Assembly: GCA_050124655.1 (NCBI GenBank) | Contig: JASFEV010000003.1 | Location: forward strand, 1 to 48,606 | Origin: Desulfobacterales bacterium | Lineage (GTDB): Bacteria; Desulfobacterota; Desulfobacteria; Desulfobacterales; JAHEIW01 | Length of the DNA: 48,606 bases | Reading direction: 5' to 3' | Shown: positions 8,211-16,438 of the stretch, one piece after another | How positions within the stretch are numbered: position 1 is the stretch's first letter | Layout: every line of letters starts with the position of its first letter | Position numbers and translations under genes: made by a program | The notes under the pieces: model-generated | The model's input: the letters and a program-made list of their open reading frames with translations, nothing else | Database searches by the model: none | Told to the model about the DNA's origin: nothing

Positions 8211-9524
8211 CTATCTCTGATGATATTTTCTAAATTCGTCGATGTCTCGTTCAAATCCGCCCGGCACCTCATCTTCTTTCCAGAAGATGTACGGGTTGGA
8301 TCTGGGCTCCTGAACCATGCGCGGATCAGGCTGCAGGCCGGTGACTTCCAGCAGTTTCTGAAAGCCCTGGCGTTTCATCAGCTCGCCCAGCCGCTCGCGG
8401 TTCTTGCCTTCTTCCATCCACCAATCCCAGATGGCCTCAATGACTTCTTTAATTTCATCATAGGGCTCTTCGGCTTTGACGAAGGGCACCAGCATCGAGC
8501 TCATCTGGGCACCATCGAGAATCGGGGCCTTGGCGCCGACCAGAATCGACAGACCGGTGTCCTCTCCGATGCGCAGTGCTCTGGGCATAACATTGATGCA
8601 GTGCATGCAGCGGTTGCACTCCTTGTTTTCGATCATCAGCTTGTTGCCTTCCATCCACATGCACTCCGTGGGGCAAAGGTCGCAGACTTCTTTCTGGATG
8701 TCGAATGGGCCCCAGTCATGGCCGTCGTGATCATTGGCATTGGGCGCAATTTCGCCGCCGATGTATGCCTGAACTGCTTCCTGGTCGATGCGGATGTCGT
8801 CTCGCCAGGTGCCGATAAAGGACATGTCCGCCCGGGCAATCGACGCCACGCAGCAGTTGGGGCAGCCGTCAAATTTGAATTTAAACTTGTACGGAAATGC
8901 CGGCCGGTGCAGCTCATCCTGGTATTCCTGGGTAAGGTGATAGCAAAGTTCCTGGGTATCATAGCAGGCGTATTCGCAGCGTGCCTGGCCGATGCAGTCG
9001 GCCGGTGTCCGCAGGTTGGAGCCCGAGCCGCCCAGGTCCTGATTCAGGTTGTGGGTCATTTCATAAAAGATTTCTTCCAGCTGGGGCGTGGTGGTGCCCA
9101 GAAAAATAATGTCACCGGTGGAGCCGTGCATGTTGGTGATTCCGCTGCCGCGGAAGTCCCACAGATCACAGAGCTGTCTTAAGTATTCTGCGGTATAAAA
9201 TTTCCCGCCCGGCTGGGCCACCCGCATGGTATGAAAGTGCGCCACACCCGAAAACTCTTCGGGCTGGTCGCAGTAGCGGCCGATGACGCCGCCGCCATAG
9301 CCGAATACACCGACGATGCCGCCGTGCTTCCAGTGGGTTCGGCCGTGTTTGAACGAAAGCTCCAGTACACCCAGAAGGTCTTCAACAACATCCTTCGGAA
9401 TCTGAAATTCAACTTTCTCCTTGTTTTTCGCCCTGACTTCGGCCTGTTGTTTCAAATCCGAAACAAAACTCGGCCACGGCCCGCTTTCAAGCTGGTCCAA
9501 CAACGGGGTTTTATGTTTTGCCAT
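8211..9524 (-). CDS. dsrA: dissimilatory sulfite reductase alpha subunit
   Basis: TPLLDQLESGPWPSFV, THWKHGGIVGVFGYGGGVIGRY, CIGQARCEYAC and GCPNCC siroheme/[4Fe-4S] ligands; GGAGGT RBS. Confidence 0.99.
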   Translation of the reverse strand: MAKHKTPLLDQLESGPWPSFVSDLKQQAEVRAKNKEKVEFQIPKDVVEDLLGVLELSFKHGRTHWKHGGIVGVFGYGGGVIGRYCDQPEEFSGVAHFHTMRVAQPGGKFYTAEYLRQLCDLWDFRGSGITNMHGSTGDIIFLGTTTPQLEEIFYEMTHNLNQDLGGSGSNLRTPADCIGQARCEYACYDTQELCYHLTQEYQDELHRPAFPYKFKFKFDGCPNCCVASIARADMSFIGTWRDDIRIDQEAVQAYIGGEIAPNANDHDGHDWGPFDIQKEVCDLCPTECMWMEGNKLMIENKECNRCMHCINVMPRALRIGEDTGLSILVGAKAPILDGAQMSSMLVPFVKAEEPYDEIKEVIEAIWDWWMEEGKNRERLGELMKRQGFQKLLEVTGLQPDPRMVQEPRSNPYIFWKEDEVPGGFERDIDEFRKYHQR

Positions 9525-9680
9525 TATTTACCTCCATAAATGTTAGTAATTTCGCTTCAACGCTTAAACATCATCTTCACCTCTCGGGATTCGCTGCGAT
9601 TCACCTCCTCTCAACCTGTTTTTTTCTGCCTTAATCTTAAATATTTTCAGAGATTTTTTTTAAAATGAATTAAAGGATTG

Positions 9681-9709
9681 GATATAGAATTAATCTTCAG
9701 GCTTGTCAA
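9681..9709 (-). promoter_or_regulatory. sigma70-type promoter of the dsrABDN operon
   Basis: Minus strand TTGACA (9709-9704)-17 nt-TATATC (9686-9681). Confidence 0.7.
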
Positions 9710-9766
9710 TAAAAAAGCAGCGTTAGAGCGGATTTAAGCCGCAATAATCAACTGGCGCCGTCGACA

Positions 9767-9813
9767 ATACTATATTTTGCGGCTGGCGAAAAAACAAACA
9801 CCCTATGTGGTGG
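9767..9813. promoter_or_regulatory. tandem NrdR-box-like operators
   Basis: ATACTATATTTTGCGG (9767-9782) and ACACCCTATGTGGTGG (9798-9813), 31 bp start-to-start, resembling acaCwAtATaTwGtg. Confidence 0.45.
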
Positions 9814-9887
9814 AAGGTTCAACCAAATGGCGCGTCAGGTAAATTGAATGGGGAGGGGTCATATTAGAAACCTTGCCCCTTTGAAAC

Positions 9888-10018
9888 AGGAGTATTGGCG
9901 TGTTGAAATGGCCTGGCTTTGAGGATTTTTCAATCGTCACAACCCATTACTCCATCACTGCAGTCCGGCCTTCGTAGCCGAAGCTACTTCGGCGGAATAG
10001 GCTACTCCAATATTCCAT
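9888..10018. repeat. inverted copy of the octamer-repeat plus nested-palindrome element at 1901
   Basis: Reverse complement reads tggaatat tggagtag cctattccgccgaagtagcttcggctacgaaggccgg ac tgcagtga tggagtaa; insert differs from 1918-1954 at 2 positions. Confidence 0.85.
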
Positions 10019-10022
10019 GTTC

Positions 10023-11204
10023 TTATCTAACCATTTCCAACAAATCCTGAATGGCACCATAGAGCGTCTCCACATGTTCGCTTAAATTTTTCTTGATGAC
10101 AGGCAGCTCCGGCATGCGGGGGTTGAAGCGGTTTACGATCGCCTCTGATAAATCGCGCAGGTCTGATGCCTGACACGCTGAAAGATACGCCAAAAAACAG
10201 GCCAGCGGAGAATCCGGCAAAATGTCAACATCCGGTTTCATGGACAGGGCCTCCAAAAAGCCGGTTAAGCTCGCTTCAACGGCGGCTTTATCCGACCAGA
10301 CCATCTCACCGATCCCTTCGAGGCGATCCAGACGCATCTGAAGCGAAAGCTTTAAAAAGAAAACCAGCAGTGTCTGCAATAGCAGTTGCGGGTTGTTTGC
10401 AGTCGTTTCGGCTTGCTTTTGGTTTTCGAAGGTGACTGCATACCGCCGCACGGTAACCAGTTTTAATCTGAGCCTGTCGTTTACCAGATTCACAACAAAA
10501 TCACCGGCTGCATGGTGCCAGGCCAAAATCTGCTCAAAGGACATCAGATTATAGTAACAGGTCAGTATTTTAGCCGCCTGGGCATAAAGTGTTTTGGTCT
10601 GTTCGGCTGTCAGAAAAAACCTTCCGCCAGCCTCATCCCAAACGATTATTTTGAGCGTTTTGTCAGTGGGATCCGGCGCCAGGTGGAATTCATGATAATC
10701 CTCAAACCAGTCACCCAAAAAAATACCGAAATTCAACCCTTCTGCAAGGGCAACGCGATCCCATCCGTACACACGCGGTAAATAGTGAAACGACGTTTCG
10801 GCATTCAGGCGCCTTAAATGATGATAGTCGCTTTCAATAAAGCGCCGGCCGGATTCAGATAGGGCCACATTGAGAACAAAGGAAAGCTGCTTTTGATCGA
10901 TGCTAATCACGATCCGTGCTGGATGATAATAGGCACCGTGTTTTTCGAGATAGATTCGAATGTCGTCGATGTTTTGCGGTTGCACCTCGTGGTCGAGTCG
11001 TTGCGAAGCCGCCCGGGTGATAACATCGTATGAACGTGCTTTAAGAAAGGCCTGGGCTGCCTGAAAATAATCTGCATGGCGCACTGAAGCGTCATCTGCT
11101 TTGAGCAACACATCGAGTCTTAGGGGTATCGGCTGCTGCCAAAGCGGACTGTCTTGCGTGACAGGTTCTTTGCTGTGGGATGTAAAGAATGAGAAATGGG
11201 GCAT
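10023..11204 (-). CDS. hypothetical protein, possible atypical protein-kinase-like fold
   Basis: ~393-aa ORF co-oriented with dsrA; start uncertain because the track start 11228 lies inside a repeat; kinase-like spacing of motifs only suggestive. Confidence 0.8.
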   Translation of the reverse strand: MPHFSFFTSHSKEPVTQDSPLWQQPIPLRLDVLLKADDASVRHADYFQAAQAFLKARSYDVITRAASQRLDHEVQPQNIDDIRIYLEKHGAYYHPARIVISIDQKQLSFVLNVALSESGRRFIESDYHHLRRLNAETSFHYLPRVYGWDRVALAEGLNFGIFLGDWFEDYHEFHLAPDPTDKTLKIIVWDEAGGRFFLTAEQTKTLYAQAAKILTCYYNLMSFEQILAWHHAAGDFVVNLVNDRLRLKLVTVRRYAVTFENQKQAETTANNPQLLLQTLLVFFLKLSLQMRLDRLEGIGEMVWSDKAAVEASLTGFLEALSMKPDVDILPDSPLACFLAYLSACQASDLRDLSEAIVNRFNPRMPELPVIKKNLSEHVETLYGAIQDLLEMVR

Positions 11205-11213
11205 GTTTTTATT

Positions 11214-11323
11214 CAGAGGACAAATCACAGAGGGCAGAAGACAGAGAAAAAAGACATCATTAAAATTATTTGTCCTATGATTTCAGACAGCTGTCCTCCG
11301 TCATCTGTCCTCTGACTTCTGTC
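11214..11323. repeat. heptamer (CAGAGGA / TCTGTCC) tandem-repeat hairpin
   Basis: cagagga caaatca cagaggg cagaaga cagag ... ctgtcc tccgtca tctgtcc tctgact tctgtct; abuts the TPR gene stop. Confidence 0.8.
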
Positions 11324-11950
11324 TTATGATTGCTTGAGTTTCTCGATCTCTTTCAGTATTTCGGGCGGCACCTCGTATCCCAGCTCAGTTGCCCGCTCAC
11401 AATGTTCGATGGCCGCTTGGGTCTCGCCTTTTTCAAGATAGGCAATGGCAAGGTTGTTGTGGACCGGCGCAAAATCCGGGTGCAGTTTTAAGGCTTCCAG
11501 GTTCGCTTCGATGCTTTCTTCCACCATGCCCTTCATTAAATAGGCGTTGGCCAGATTGGCAAAGGCCTGGACGTACCTGAAATTAAAGGTAGTCGCCTTT
11601 TCCAGGGCCTTGATGGCTTCGTCGAGGTTTCCCTTTTGAAGTTCGATAAAACCAATGTTTCCCCAGCCCTCGGAAAAACCGGGCCTGGCTTTGACTGCCG
11701 TTCGGTTATGCTGCAAGCAGCCATCCAGATCGCCGCGTTGCAGGGCGATTCCGCCAAGGGCCACATATGCTTCCGCCAGACCGGGGCTGTTCTCAATGGC
11801 TTCATGGAGATGTTTTTCGGCCTCGTCATATTTTTTCTGGCCCATCAAGGCGACGCCCAAATTGTAATGGGAATTGCCGCATTCCGGATTTTGAGCAATG
11901 GCCTGTCGCTGCTGGGCTATAAATTCATCCGCGTTTTTCGCTTTTGTCAT
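11324..11950 (-). CDS. tetratricopeptide repeat protein
   Basis: About five 34-aa TPR units (HYNLGVAL, AYVALGGI, GWGNIGFI, AFANLANAY, VHNNLAIAY). Confidence 0.92.
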   Translation of the reverse strand: MTKAKNADEFIAQQRQAIAQNPECGNSHYNLGVALMGQKKYDEAEKHLHEAIENSPGLAEAYVALGGIALQRGDLDGCLQHNRTAVKARPGFSEGWGNIGFIELQKGNLDEAIKALEKATTFNFRYVQAFANLANAYLMKGMVEESIEANLEALKLHPDFAPVHNNLAIAYLEKGETQAAIEHCERATELGYEVPPEILKEIEKLKQS

Positions 11951-12017
11951 GGTATGACTTCCTTCTGTCGGGTTGTGATATTGCCAAGAATTTCAAATTA
12001 TAAAAACAATGAAAGGG

Positions 12018-12103
12018 CTTGTACATGAAACAAGAACGTTTTTCAAGCACCCATCGCGGCACCCATCTTTTTGCTTGACATCAATTTGGCTTTTAACTAC
12101 CGT
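12018..12103. promoter_or_regulatory. divergent sigma70-type promoters (TPR gene on minus, dapA on plus)
   Basis: Minus TTGAAA(12046-41)-17-TACAAG(12023-18); plus TTGACA(12075-80)-17-TACCGT(12098-103). Confidence 0.5.
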
Positions 12104-12167
12104 TTGAATACCCTTAATATTAAGACCTTACAGGGATAAAACAAGATGTAACCATAAGGGGGCCATT

Positions 12168-13202
12168 ATGAAAGCAGGGTGCTATACCGCAATCATTACA
12201 CCATTTAGCAACAATGCTGTTGACTATGACGGTCTGGAAAAACTGGCCGATTTCCAGATTCAAAACGGTATTACCGGAATTCTGGCGGTGGGGACCACCG
12301 GGGAAAGCCCGGTTCTCAGCTGGGATGAACACAATAAAGTGACCCAAACGATTGTCCAAAAGACCAAAGGCAAGTGCCTGTGCATTGCCGGCACCGGCAG
12401 CAACAATACCGCAGAATCCCTGGCGGCAACAAAGCATGCGGCCGAAGTCGGGGCTGAGGCCGTATTGCTGGTGGAACCCTATTACAATGGGCCCAGCTCG
12501 TTAGAAATTCGCAAAGAGTACATCGCCCCGATCGCCGCGGCCTATGGCGATCTCGACATTATTCCTTACGTCATTCCGGGCCGCACGGGAACCCAATTGT
12601 TTCCGCCGGACTTGGCCCTGTTGTACAAAGAATACCCCAATGTCCGCACGGTAAAAGAAGCCACCGGAAGTCTCGATAACATGAAGCGCACCCGCGAATG
12701 CTGCGGGCCCGATTTTATGATTTTATCCGGCGATGACGGCATAACCTATGAAATGATGACCGACCCCCAGATCAAAGGCGCCGGGGTCATTTCGGTGGCG
12801 TCCAACGTGGCGCCCAAAGCGGTTACGCAAATGGTCCAATTGATCAACGAAGACAAATCGTCTGAAGCCAAGTCTTTGATGCAGAAGCTGGAGCCCCTTT
12901 TCAATCTGGTAACGGTCAAAACAACCGAACAGACTCCCTATGGCGAGGTCTCCTTCCGGGCCAGGAATCCGCTGGCCTACAAGGCGCTGATGTCTATTTT
13001 GGGGATGCCGTCGGGCATGTGCCGGCAGCCGCTGGGCAAATTGACACAAAACGCTTTACAAACCGTATTGGATGCCGCACGCAAGGTCCAGACAACCGCA
13101 CCTGAAATTTTACAGCCTGTTGCAGAATTTTTTAATGTGGATATCGGCGAGCGCCTGGAGAATGAGAAGTATTGGGAAGGCTTGGCCTATAAAGATTATT
13201 GA
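12168..13202 (+). CDS. dapA: 4-hydroxy-tetrahydrodipicolinate synthase
   Basis: TAIITPF, GTTGES, IAGTGSNNT, PYY, Y.IPGRTG, VKEATG (Schiff-base Lys), LSGDD; C-terminally extended. Confidence 0.93.
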   Translation: MKAGCYTAIITPFSNNAVDYDGLEKLADFQIQNGITGILAVGTTGESPVLSWDEHNKVTQTIVQKTKGKCLCIAGTGSNNTAESLAATKHAAEVGAEAVLLVEPYYNGPSSLEIRKEYIAPIAAAYGDLDIIPYVIPGRTGTQLFPPDLALLYKEYPNVRTVKEATGSLDNMKRTRECCGPDFMILSGDDGITYEMMTDPQIKGAGVISVASNVAPKAVTQMVQLINEDKSSEAKSLMQKLEPLFNLVTVKTTEQTPYGEVSFRARNPLAYKALMSILGMPSGMCRQPLGKLTQNALQTVLDAARKVQTTAPEILQPVAEFFNVDIGERLENEKYWEGLAYKDY

Positions 13203-13235
13203 TTTTCGTTAAGCGGTCAAATTAAAATAAAAATA

Positions 13236-13317
13236 ACCACGAAAACACGAAATATAGAAGGCGCGAAATTTTTATATTTCCTTTTTCGTGGTTTTATTTT
13301 TTTCGTGCTTTCGTGGT
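13236..13317. repeat. CACGAAA-type repeat hairpin between convergent genes
   Basis: accacgaaaacacgaaa...cgcgaaa / tttcgtg...tttcgtgctttcgtggt inverted arms. Confidence 0.75.
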
Positions 13318-13398
13318 AAAAATCCCAATTATCTGCAGTTTTTTTCGGGTCTGATGTTTGTAATTGGACACCTCTTACTTTTACACGGGATCGCTGCC

Positions 13399-13866
13399 CT
13401 ACAAAAGCGCTCCTTTCAGCAGGTTCATAACGGTCTCGCCACCTTCGGATTTCGCATAATCCAGGATAACGGTAATATATTCGTTGACCATTTTGTTGTC
13501 CAGACCCAGCGTTGAAAAACGGTCCGTCAGGCTGGCCATGCCTGCCGCCGAACCCGATTGGCCGCCAAGTGATGGGACAGAGCTCTCGAGTTTATTGGCA
13601 AAAGCGCTGCTTTGGGGTGCAGAATCGGTGAGAGCATCTACACCGGGAAGTGCGTCGGTCACTCTTGAAAAGTCTTCTGCGCCGAGTTTTTGCTTTGCAT
13701 AATCAAAAATGGCAGCGGCGCCTCCCTCGGCCTGCTGCTCGCTAACACCAAGCTTGCCAGTCAGCAGTCCGATCAGGTTCGAGACATCAGCAGATACGGG
13801 TTGGACGGCACCGAAAAGAACCAAGAGAATAATAATCAAACTCGATTTGCGTAATATGGTTTTCAT
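13399..13866 (-). CDS. DUF2780-family exported protein
   Basis: Signal peptide; L...LGVSEQQAEGGAAAIFDYAKQKL...DFS and FS.LGLD..MV..Y..VILDY patterns. Confidence 0.8.
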   Translation of the reverse strand: MKTILRKSSLIIILLVLFGAVQPVSADVSNLIGLLTGKLGVSEQQAEGGAAAIFDYAKQKLGAEDFSRVTDALPGVDALTDSAPQSSAFANKLESSVPSLGGQSGSAAGMASLTDRFSTLGLDNKMVNEYITVILDYAKSEGGETVMNLLKGALL

Positions 13867-14078
13867 TGCTTATCTCCCTTTATGTTAAGGTTTGAATGCA
13901 TACCGGATCGACTGTCAGCCTGTTTCAGCGCAGTTTCTTTATGGCCGGCTCACAATCGAAAGTAGCATCACTTTCGTTTTTTAGTTGGTTCAAAAGATCA
14001 TCACGATTTCAATTCAGGTCAATATGCCCCCAAAAAATTGAGCCGGCAAGCCGGCAGAGCTTCTTTTTCATAAGTTAT

Positions 14079-14885
14079 TTACTGTTCCGCCTCGCCAGTC
14101 CCGGGCTTCATTTTGAAATCGCCTTCCTTGAACAGTAGCCATTTAAGCCAATTCAAGCCAAATTTGAGCAGCTCGATTTCGTCATCTTTGATCCGCTTAA
14201 GGACCGATTTATCAAATGCGTAACGATCCAAAAAAGAACTTTCAAAAACAAATTCCCGAAATTTATCGATGTTATAGCTCACCAGAAAAAACATATTCTT
14301 CGTTTGTTCGGTCAGCTGCATGTTGGGCGGGAAGGATCGTTTGCGAACCAGCAGGTCGGTCCACTCCGCATTGATTTCATCGTGAATATCGACGCCCTGA
14401 TCTTTGCGCCATTCTTTGACGGTCCAGAGTTTTTCTTCCTTAAAACCCAAGCAGTGGGGTTCATGCACAAAAAAATAGAATTCTTCTCCGTCCGCATCTT
14501 CTTTGTGGCTAAGCGACGCCACACCCAGCGGGTAATAGCGGCAGGTGGTCGGCCGGTGGTCATAGACCAAACAACCATTTTCTCTGACAAAAGGACACAG
14601 CTTGCTGTCCGAATCCGATTCTTCGTCTTTTAAAAACTTAAGCGTAATCACCGGCAACCCTGTTTTTTCAAGCATCTGCGGTTCGGTATAGATGGCTAAA
14701 AATTCCTCAGAGTTCAGCTGAAACTTGTTTTTAAGCTGGATGATGTCATAGGGCGTTAAGATGATATTGATATCCCGGCAGCATTCGGTAAAGCATTCCA
14801 CGCCCGGGTGGCACTTAAATTTGAACTGACTTTTGGGACCCAGCCGAACCGGTTCGACATTGGCCATTCGATCTGTATCGCTCAT
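14079..14885 (-). CDS. YkgJ-family cysteine-cluster (CxxCxxCC) protein
   Basis: FKCHPGVECFTECC, LTPYDI, CPFV...CLVYDHRPTTCRYYP; AAGGAG RBS. Confidence 0.9.
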   Translation of the reverse strand: MSDTDRMANVEPVRLGPKSQFKFKCHPGVECFTECCRDINIILTPYDIIQLKNKFQLNSEEFLAIYTEPQMLEKTGLPVITLKFLKDEESDSDSKLCPFVRENGCLVYDHRPTTCRYYPLGVASLSHKEDADGEEFYFFVHEPHCLGFKEEKLWTVKEWRKDQGVDIHDEINAEWTDLLVRKRSFPPNMQLTEQTKNMFFLVSYNIDKFREFVFESSFLDRYAFDKSVLKRIKDDEIELLKFGLNWLKWLLFKEGDFKMKPGTGEAEQ

Positions 14886-14939
14886 GCAATACTCCTTTCC
14901 TTCAACGCAATAACGCTAGCTTTGAGATTCAAAAGCCCG

Positions 14940-14968
14940 CTTATATCCGAGGTCGCGGTTGATGTCAA
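14940..14968 (-). promoter_or_regulatory. sigma70-type promoter for the YkgJ gene
   Basis: Minus TTGACA(14968-63)-17 nt-TATAAG(14945-40). Confidence 0.65.
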
Positions 14969-14987
14969 TAACGCGCGTTCCCTCTTA

Positions 14988-15136
14988 GGTTCCATGTTGC
15001 GCGTTGTAGGTATTAGGCCTCTGGCTGCTGGCAACTAATTCCCTGCTTCTTGCCAGAAGCAAGCAGCGAGAAGCCAGGAGCCACAATCCCCGACACCCGC
15101 CTGCATGCGCGGCGAAAGCCCGACACCTGAAACCTG
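14988..15136. repeat. two nested heptamer-repeat hairpins (GCCAGAA type inside CCCGACA/CCTGAAA type) with a short GC-rich insert
   Basis: ctctggctgctggc / gccagaa gcaagca gcgagaa gccagga gcc; cccgaca cc[cgcctgcatgcgcggcgaaagcc]cgaca cctgaaa cctg. Confidence 0.6.
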
Positions 15137-15253
15137 TGAATTAGACGAAGATAACTTATTTCTTGATTTACCACCTAAATATACTATATCCATGAATAGT
15201 AACCATGAACGGGTTGCGCATCAAATAATTTATGGAATCATCGAGGAGGATCC

Positions 15254-16321
15254 ATGGAATTGAAAGTGATAGAAGCTACACCATTAAAGGAAAAGCCGGA
15301 TGAATCCAAGCTGGGTTTTGGGACCCTGTTCACCGATTATATGTTTATCATGGATTACGAACCGGATAAGGGCTGGCATTCAGCTCGCATCGAACCTTAC
15401 GGTCCCATGGCTTTGGATCCATCCACCATGTTTTTGCATTATGCCCAGGGCGCTTTTGAAGGACTCAAAGCCTACCGCACAGATTCCGGCCATATTCAGC
15501 TTTTCAGACCCCAGGAAAATTTCAAGCGTTTAAATCGCTCCTGTCGAAGACTGTGCATGCCGGAAATCGATGAAGCTCAAGCATTGGATGTTCTCAAACA
15601 GCTCCTCATAATGGAAAAAGATTGGGTTCCAAGGGCGCCGGAAACGTCGCTCTACATTCGACCCACCCTTATCGCCACGGATCCCTACATCGGAGTGCGG
15701 GCTTCATTCAATTATCGCTATTATATTATTCTTTCACCGGTGGGCGCCTATTACCCCGAGGGATTTAACCCGGTAAAAATTCTGGTCACCCATGAATACG
15801 TCCGGGCGGTGCGCGGCGGGGTGGGTGAAGCCAAAACACCCGGCAACTATGCTGCTAGCATCCTGGCCGGTGAAAAGGCACACAAGGAAGGGTATGCGCA
15901 GGTGCTTTGGCTCGATGGCGTCGAGCAAAAATATATTGAAGAAGTCGGCTCCATGAACATCTTTTTTGTGATTGACGGTGAGATCATCACCCCCGAGTTA
16001 AACGGCAGTATCCTGCCGGGAATTACGCGGGATTCAGTGATCCGGCTGGCCAAGCACTGGAGCGATAGGGTATCTGAGAGAAAAATCAGTATTGATGAGT
16101 TGATGCAGGCCCATGCTGCCGGAAAACTAACGGAAGTTTTCGGCTCCGGGACCGCAGCCGTGATCTCACCGGTCGGTGAGATCAAATACGGGGATCAGGT
16201 CTTCACCATTGCCAACGGCAAGGTTGGCCCGGTGGCCCAGAAATACTACAATGCCATCACCGACATTCAATATGGCAAGGCCGAAGATCCACTGGGGTGG
16301 GTCGTTCCGGTCACCGATTGA
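15254..16321 (+). CDS. ilvE: branched-chain amino acid aminotransferase
   Basis: LGFGTLFTDYM, LHYAQGAFEGLKAY, LYIRP, GEAKTPGNYA (PLP Lys), EEVGSMN, ILPGITR, FGSGTAAVISPVG. Confidence 0.97.
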   Translation: MELKVIEATPLKEKPDESKLGFGTLFTDYMFIMDYEPDKGWHSARIEPYGPMALDPSTMFLHYAQGAFEGLKAYRTDSGHIQLFRPQENFKRLNRSCRRLCMPEIDEAQALDVLKQLLIMEKDWVPRAPETSLYIRPTLIATDPYIGVRASFNYRYYIILSPVGAYYPEGFNPVKILVTHEYVRAVRGGVGEAKTPGNYAASILAGEKAHKEGYAQVLWLDGVEQKYIEEVGSMNIFFVIDGEIITPELNGSILPGITRDSVIRLAKHWSDRVSERKISIDELMQAHAAGKLTEVFGSGTAAVISPVGEIKYGDQVFTIANGKVGPVAQKYYNAITDIQYGKAEDPLGWVVPVTD

Positions 16322-16325
16322 AAAC

Positions 16326-16427
16326 TTGGAGTACTGGAGTAGCGGAGTGTTGGAGTAATGGAAAAATGGTCAGACAATACTCCAATACTCCATCACTCCA
16401 TTACTCCATTGGACCATTGGACCATTT
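16326..16427. repeat. octamer (TGGAGTAN) tandem-repeat hairpin without nested insert
   Basis: tggagtac tggagtag cggagtgt tggagtaa tggaaaaa / atactcca atactcca tcactcca ttactcca ttggacca ttggacca. Confidence 0.85.
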
Positions 16428-16438
16428 AGGAGACATTG

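Noticed and set aside
7065-9182. Long plus-strand ORFs (200 and 320 aa) over dsrB/dsrA, and 42316-43062 over the phosphatase
   Set aside because: Antisense shadows of codon-biased genes, no motifs
16326-16427. Repeat arrays as CRISPR
   Set aside because: Units are 7-9 nt with no unique spacers and no cas genes
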